From contig JAVYPJ010000001.1 in the NCBI GenBank assembly GCA_038733315.1, positions 146,770-210,769 of the forward strand: a stretch of DNA of 64,000 nt, read 5' to 3'. The DNA comes from Candidatus Aenigmatarchaeota archaeon. Its GTDB lineage: Archaea > Aenigmatarchaeota > Aenigmatarchaeia > CG10238-14 > SpSt-28. Below, in pieces: positions 59,974 to 64,000 of this stretch; the first letter of the stretch is position 1; the number at the start of each line of letters is the position of its first letter. The notes beneath the pieces were generated by a model. The model was not told where the DNA came from and ran no database searches. It saw only the letters and a list, made by a program, of their open reading frames with translations. A program made the translations under genes and the position numbers.

Positions 59974-60246
59974 ATGGGGATGTTTGATATGTTTAAAAAG
60001 AAAGAGAAAAAAGAAGAATTTATTCTTGAGGGAATAGAAAAGCAAAGTTTTTTACCAAAACCTTCTCTTGAAGTACCTTTACCAGAAAACGTTCAAGCTA
60101 AGCAAACAACAGAAGCACCTTCTCAACAAATTGATAAAATTTCTTTAATAGAATCTAAGTTAGAAAATTTGAGAATATATTTAGAAATGATAAATTCAAA
60201 GTTAGATAGATTAGAGGCTTTATTAAAGTCAAAAGGATTTATTTAG
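59974..60246 (+). CDS. small hypothetical protein with C-terminal coiled coil
   Basis: MGMFDMFKKKEKK start; LIESKLENLRIYLEMINSKLDRLE heptads. Confidence 0.7.
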   Translation: MGMFDMFKKKEKKEEFILEGIEKQSFLPKPSLEVPLPENVQAKQTTEAPSQQIDKISLIESKLENLRIYLEMINSKLDRLEALLKSKGFI

Positions 60247-60821
60247 GTTGCAATCCATTGGCATCTATTATCTACGCACAAACACTTATAATTTTTAAGA
60301 TTTTCATAGCATTGTTTCCATATGCATATCGATATTTTTTCGTCCGATACGTTTCCGCAGATTTCTCCAGAGCAGCCACCGATTTTGCAATCAAAGTTTG
60401 AGTTACAATATGAATAAGTAGATATTCCACAGAATTCTTTTTCCAAAACTATTTCTTCCTTGCTATAGCTTATAAATAATATTTTTTTGTTCTTTTCGGC
60501 ATTAAAAATTTTTATTATTTTATTGCATACGCATCTACAAATTTTTCCATCCTTTTCTATTTCGAGGATTTTGTAATAATCCTTTTCTTCACTAATTATT
60601 ATTTCGTCGCTACAGCAATTAACTACTATATTAGCTATTATAGTGTTGTTTTTTTCGTCAAAATAATAGTAGTTTAAATATTTCCCAAAATCTTCACATT
60701 CCGAAACTTCGTATTTAATATTCTTTTTTTCTCCTATTAGCTTATCGATGGTATAAATGGAAAAAATATAAGCTAATACTAAAATTAATATTATTAAGTA
60801 CTTTAGATTTTGACTATTCAT
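60243..60821 (-). CDS. membrane-anchored eight-cysteine-cluster domain protein
   Basis: FCGISTYSYCNSNFDCKIGGCSGEIC...CIWKQCY...CLCVDNRCQW. Confidence 0.82.
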   Translation of the reverse strand: MNSQNLKYLIILILVLAYIFSIYTIDKLIGEKKNIKYEVSECEDFGKYLNYYYFDEKNNTIIANIVVNCCSDEIIISEEKDYYKILEIEKDGKICRCVCNKIIKIFNAEKNKKILFISYSKEEIVLEKEFCGISTYSYCNSNFDCKIGGCSGEICGNVSDEKISICIWKQCYENLKNYKCLCVDNRCQWIAT

Positions 60822-60882
60822 AAAAAGTGTAGTATTGGTAGATTTATAAATTTTGAAATTTTTAAATATTTATTGATAAAGT

Positions 60883-62127
60883 ATGGGTTTTGCTAAAATA
60901 ATAATAGGAGATAGTAGAAGGATGGTAGAATTAGAGGACAGTTCTATAGATTTAGTTGTTACTTCCCCACCATATTGGCATATTAAAGATTATGGTGTAG
61001 AAGGACAAATAGGTTATGGTCAGTCTTTGCACGAGTACCTTAAGAGTTTATATTTAGTTTGGAAAGAATGTTTCAGAGTTTTGAAGCCCGGATCTAGGTT
61101 ATGTATAAATATAGGAGACCAATTTTTGAGAAGTATAGTCTATGGAAAATATAAAGTAGTACCGCTTCATTCTGAGTTTATAGTACAGTGTGAAAAAATA
61201 GGGTTTGATTATATGGGTTCTATAATTTGGCAAAAGAAGACAACCATGAATACTACAGGTGGGGCTAACGTTATGGGATCTTATCCTTATCCGCCGAATG
61301 GTCTTATAGAGATAGATTACGAGTTTATTCTTATTTTTAAAAAACCTGGAAAAAAGATAGCTCCTTCTGAGGAGATAAAAGAGAAATCGAAACTTAGTAA
61401 AGAGGAGTGGAAAGAGTATTTTTCTGGACATTGGTATTTTCCTGGAGAAAGACAAATAGGCCATGAAGCTATGTTTCCGGAAGAACTGCCTAAGCGTTTA
61501 ATTAAGATGTTTACCTTTATTGGCGATATAGTTTTAGATCCGTTCCTCGGAAGCGGAACCACGATTAGGGCAGCTTTAAACTTGAATAGAAACGGCATAG
61601 GTTATGAAATAAACGAAAACTTTTTACCGATAATAAAGAAAAAAATAGGTCTAGGGGAAAGTTTACTTACCATAGATAAAAAGATAGAAATAATTAAAAG
61701 AGAGAGGCCAATTGAAATAGAAGAGAGTATAGAATACGTTCCGAATATAAAAGACGCTAAACCTAAGGTCAATCCAAAACTATTTAGATTTGAAAATGAT
61801 AGATTGTACAAGGTCACAAAAATTTTAAGTGAAGATACAATAGAGTTAGATACCGGATTAATAGTGAAACTATTAGGTTTAAAAATATTAAGGAAGGAAG
61901 AGGCTAGAAGCTATCTTGAGAATTTTGTAAAAGGAAAGTATGTTTTTCTCAAGTTCGATCCTTTATATAAACCAGATGATAAAACTGTACAGGCATATGT
62001 TTTTCTGAAAAATAAAATTTTTATAAATAAAGAAATGATTAAAAAAGGGTTAGCTAAGGTGGAAGACCGTAATTTTTTATATAAGGAAAAGTTTTTGAGT
62101 ATAATTCAAAATAGTAAAAATGGGTAA
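60883..62127 (+). CDS. beta-class N4C/N6A DNA methyltransferase with C-terminal SNase-like domain
   Basis: VTSPPY catalytic motif, HEAMFP, VLDPFLGSGTT; C-terminal KVTKILSEDTI...LLG...AYVF...INKEMIKKGLA. Confidence 0.9.
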   Translation: MGFAKIIIGDSRRMVELEDSSIDLVVTSPPYWHIKDYGVEGQIGYGQSLHEYLKSLYLVWKECFRVLKPGSRLCINIGDQFLRSIVYGKYKVVPLHSEFIVQCEKIGFDYMGSIIWQKKTTMNTTGGANVMGSYPYPPNGLIEIDYEFILIFKKPGKKIAPSEEIKEKSKLSKEEWKEYFSGHWYFPGERQIGHEAMFPEELPKRLIKMFTFIGDIVLDPFLGSGTTIRAALNLNRNGIGYEINENFLPIIKKKIGLGESLLTIDKKIEIIKRERPIEIEESIEYVPNIKDAKPKVNPKLFRFENDRLYKVTKILSEDTIELDTGLIVKLLGLKILRKEEARSYLENFVKGKYVFLKFDPLYKPDDKTVQAYVFLKNKIFINKEMIKKGLAKVEDRNFLYKEKFLSIIQNSKNG

Positions 62128-62791
62128 AGAATGGATATTGAATATAGCGAATAGTAGGTGGGGATTAACTAAGAAAAATAAGGTAGGTCCTGTTGCTGCT
62201 TGGATAAGAGAGTGCAGCCCAAAAGACATTTCTGAGTGGGAAAGATTCTATTTAGAAAAGTTAGAACAGTTTTTAAAAAATAAAGGCATTAGTTTAAAGC
62301 CAGAAGAATATTTACAAACCCTGGGGAAAACACTCTATACAAAGATAAGCGAAGTAATGATGGTAGAAATATCTAATGTTAGTGAAGATGATTGTATTGA
62401 TTATATAAGAAACCTAGTAATTAACAGGACATACGAGGGTTATTTAACTGAAAAAGAAACAGTATATGAACAGCTCAAGGAAAAATTGGGAGTAGAAATT
62501 GTACCAGCTTCTGACGAAATAGATAGGTTGTATAATGTTGATTTTTTGATAAAAGTTAAAGAAAAGTTGATAGGACTACAAATAAAACCAGTTACGTTTG
62601 AGCATGCGCCGGAGTATGCTATTAAATGGAGAGAAGTATATAAAAGTTCACACGAGAAATTTACTAAGAGGTTTGGTGGAAGAGTTTTTATGATATTATC
62701 AGTTAAGAAGGGTAATAGAAAGGTTATCTATAATCAGGATGTAATAGAGGAGATAAGGAAAGAAATTAAGAGACTAAGTTCAAGCGGATAA
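62120..62791 (+). CDS. type II restriction endonuclease, MjaI-like family
   Basis: EWERFY, INRTYEG, ASDEIDRLYNVDF, GLQIKP; overlaps the MTase stop. Confidence 0.75.
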   Translation: MGKEWILNIANSRWGLTKKNKVGPVAAWIRECSPKDISEWERFYLEKLEQFLKNKGISLKPEEYLQTLGKTLYTKISEVMMVEISNVSEDDCIDYIRNLVINRTYEGYLTEKETVYEQLKEKLGVEIVPASDEIDRLYNVDFLIKVKEKLIGLQIKPVTFEHAPEYAIKWREVYKSSHEKFTKRFGGRVFMILSVKKGNRKVIYNQDVIEEIRKEIKRLSSSG

Positions 62792-62838
62792 ATAATTTTT
62801 AAGACTTAATGATAGGACGGTTTTTTATTGAATTCGAA

Positions 62839-62911
62839 TGGGGTCGCTGGGATTTGAACCCAGGTTACTGGCGCCCGAGGCCAGCGTCCTGCCAAGCTAG
62901 ACTACGACCCC
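62839..62911 (-). tRNA. tRNA-Pro(CGG)
   Basis: Reverse complement GGGGTCG...CTGGC-CT-CGG-GC-GCCAG...GGTTCAAATCC...CGACCCCA. Confidence 0.95.
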
Positions 62912-62936
62912 ATTTTTAATTTTCTCCATAAAAAGT

Positions 62937-62998
62937 AAAATTATGATGAAGCCGGTATTATCTGATTAATGATGAAGAAGGTTTCGCCTGATAGTTTT
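62937..62998 (+). ncRNA. box C/D 2'-O-methylation guide sRNA (dual guide, 16S targets)
   Basis: C ATGATGA 62943-49, D' CTGA 62962-65, C' ATGATGA 62969-75, D CTGA 62988-91, two 12-nt guides, short terminal stem. Confidence 0.9.
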
Positions 62999-63009
62999 TT
63001 GTCACATCT

Positions 63010-64000
63010 TTATTCTTTAATTTCCTTAGAATAGTCTATTTTTAAATCCTTTAAAATTTTTTGGTTTAGTAAGTTTTCGTCTCCTACAATTTCTTTAACT
63101 CTCTCTGCTATCTTTGGGCCTAAAATTAATGATAAAGTTGCTAATGGAATTTTCCTTAATTGCTCTACGGTTTTAATTCCATGTCTATATAGCTTTCTTG
63201 CCCTTACTTTTCCTATGCCTTCTATTCTTATCAAAGGTATTAATTCCTCTTTTATTCCGTATTTTGTTCTTATTCTTAGTTTTTTTATTTTTTTGAGAAT
63301 GTTTAGTTTTCCAGTTAGAAGTGATAATTCTTGTAAGCTATATAATATCCAATCAGCGATTTCTAATATTCCTCTTAATTCTCCAGGAGCAACTTTAAAC
63401 TCTTCTAATATTTCATTTTCACTTTTTTCATTAATCCAGGAATCTAAAATCATAGATAGCTTAAAAGTTGGTAAATAAAATTCAAAATCTAAATCAAATT
63501 CGTTTGGAATTTCTATTAAGAAATTTCCTAGGTTAGAATAATAAAAACTTAATAGTTTTTCATATTCTTTTTCTCTTACGTTAACTAAAAATTTCATTTC
63601 TGTTGTAGATGATATTAGCTGAAATATTAAAATTTCTTTTGTTTTTTCGTCTATTTTTTCTAACCCTTCTAATAATATTTTTGCGCTCAATGGATCTATA
63701 TACAACTCACTAACTCTTTTTCCAATTCTTGTTGCTTTTAATTCATCATTTTTATTTTCTATAAATTTCCATTTTTCTAAGAGATTAATTATTTCTTCTG
63801 TTTTTGATTCTAAAAATTTTTTATTTTTAGTTTGGAAATAGAAGAAAGAGGTCTTAAGAAATTTTATTAAATCTTTTTTACTCTTAACAAATCCAGAAGA
63901 GATTAATGAAAGGATTTGGGATCTTAGGATTACTTCATTTCCGATTTTTGAAATTATTTCTTCTAATTCTCCAAAAACATATTTTTCTAATAACAGCTTT
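63010..64000 (-). CDS. hel308: Hel308/Ski2-like DNA helicase (5' part outside window)
   Basis: ATRIGKRVSELYIDP, WINE, V.PGEL, YGIKEELIPL, GIGKVRARKLY; frame extends to the window edge. Confidence 0.9.
   Translation of the reverse strand, partial: KLLLEKYVFGELEEIISKIGNEVILRSQILSLISSGFVKSKKDLIKFLKTSFFYFQTKNKKFLESKTEEIINLLEKWKFIENKNDELKATRIGKRVSELYIDPLSAKILLEGLEKIDEKTKEILIFQLISSTTEMKFLVNVREKEYEKLLSFYYSNLGNFLIEIPNEFDLDFEFYLPTFKLSMILDSWINEKSENEILEEFKVAPGELRGILEIADWILYSLQELSLLTGKLNILKKIKKLRIRTKYGIKEELIPLIRIEGIGKVRARKLYRHGIKTVEQLRKIPLATLSLILGPKIAERVKEIVGDENLLNQKILKDLKIDYSKEIKE

Noticed and set aside
60243..62911. Integrated element with att sites at tRNA-Pro
   Set aside because: No duplicate of the tRNA 3' end and no integrase are visible.

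Overview
A very AT-rich, gene-dense archaeal chromosome segment. Scrambled ribosomal operons, a stand-alone 5S rRNA, divergent proteins and the polB architecture suggest a DPANN lineage, possibly Aenigmarchaeota-like (inference). It is mostly housekeeping: ribosomal proteins, EF-1alpha, IleRS, RNase P proteins, SRP54/FtsY, FtsZ, SecE, GAPDH/PGK, histone, RPA, RadA, an N-glycosylation cluster with AglB, five tRNAs (two with introns), a box C/D guide sRNA and a tRNA-linked restriction-modification pair. The most notable locus is 31.5-36.2 kb. There, five 21-bp iteron-like repeats and an AT-rich, palindrome-rich spacer lie between two small winged-helix genes. These are followed by a catalytically dead PolD-small-subunit (DP1) homolog and a family B polymerase ending in a PolD-DP2-type zinc finger, which looks like a eukaryote-like 'PolB + B-subunit' replicase beside a candidate Orc1/Cdc6-independent origin. 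Other highlights: a Trm9-like methylase/Elp3/tRNA-Gln(UUG) cluster, a tandem MNT-HEPN pair with one intact and one broken RNase motif, a perfect K-loop in the TRAM leader, two related tRNA introns, and a solo Cas4 coupled to a ribosomal operon. All calls come from motif recognition by eye; no searches were run.
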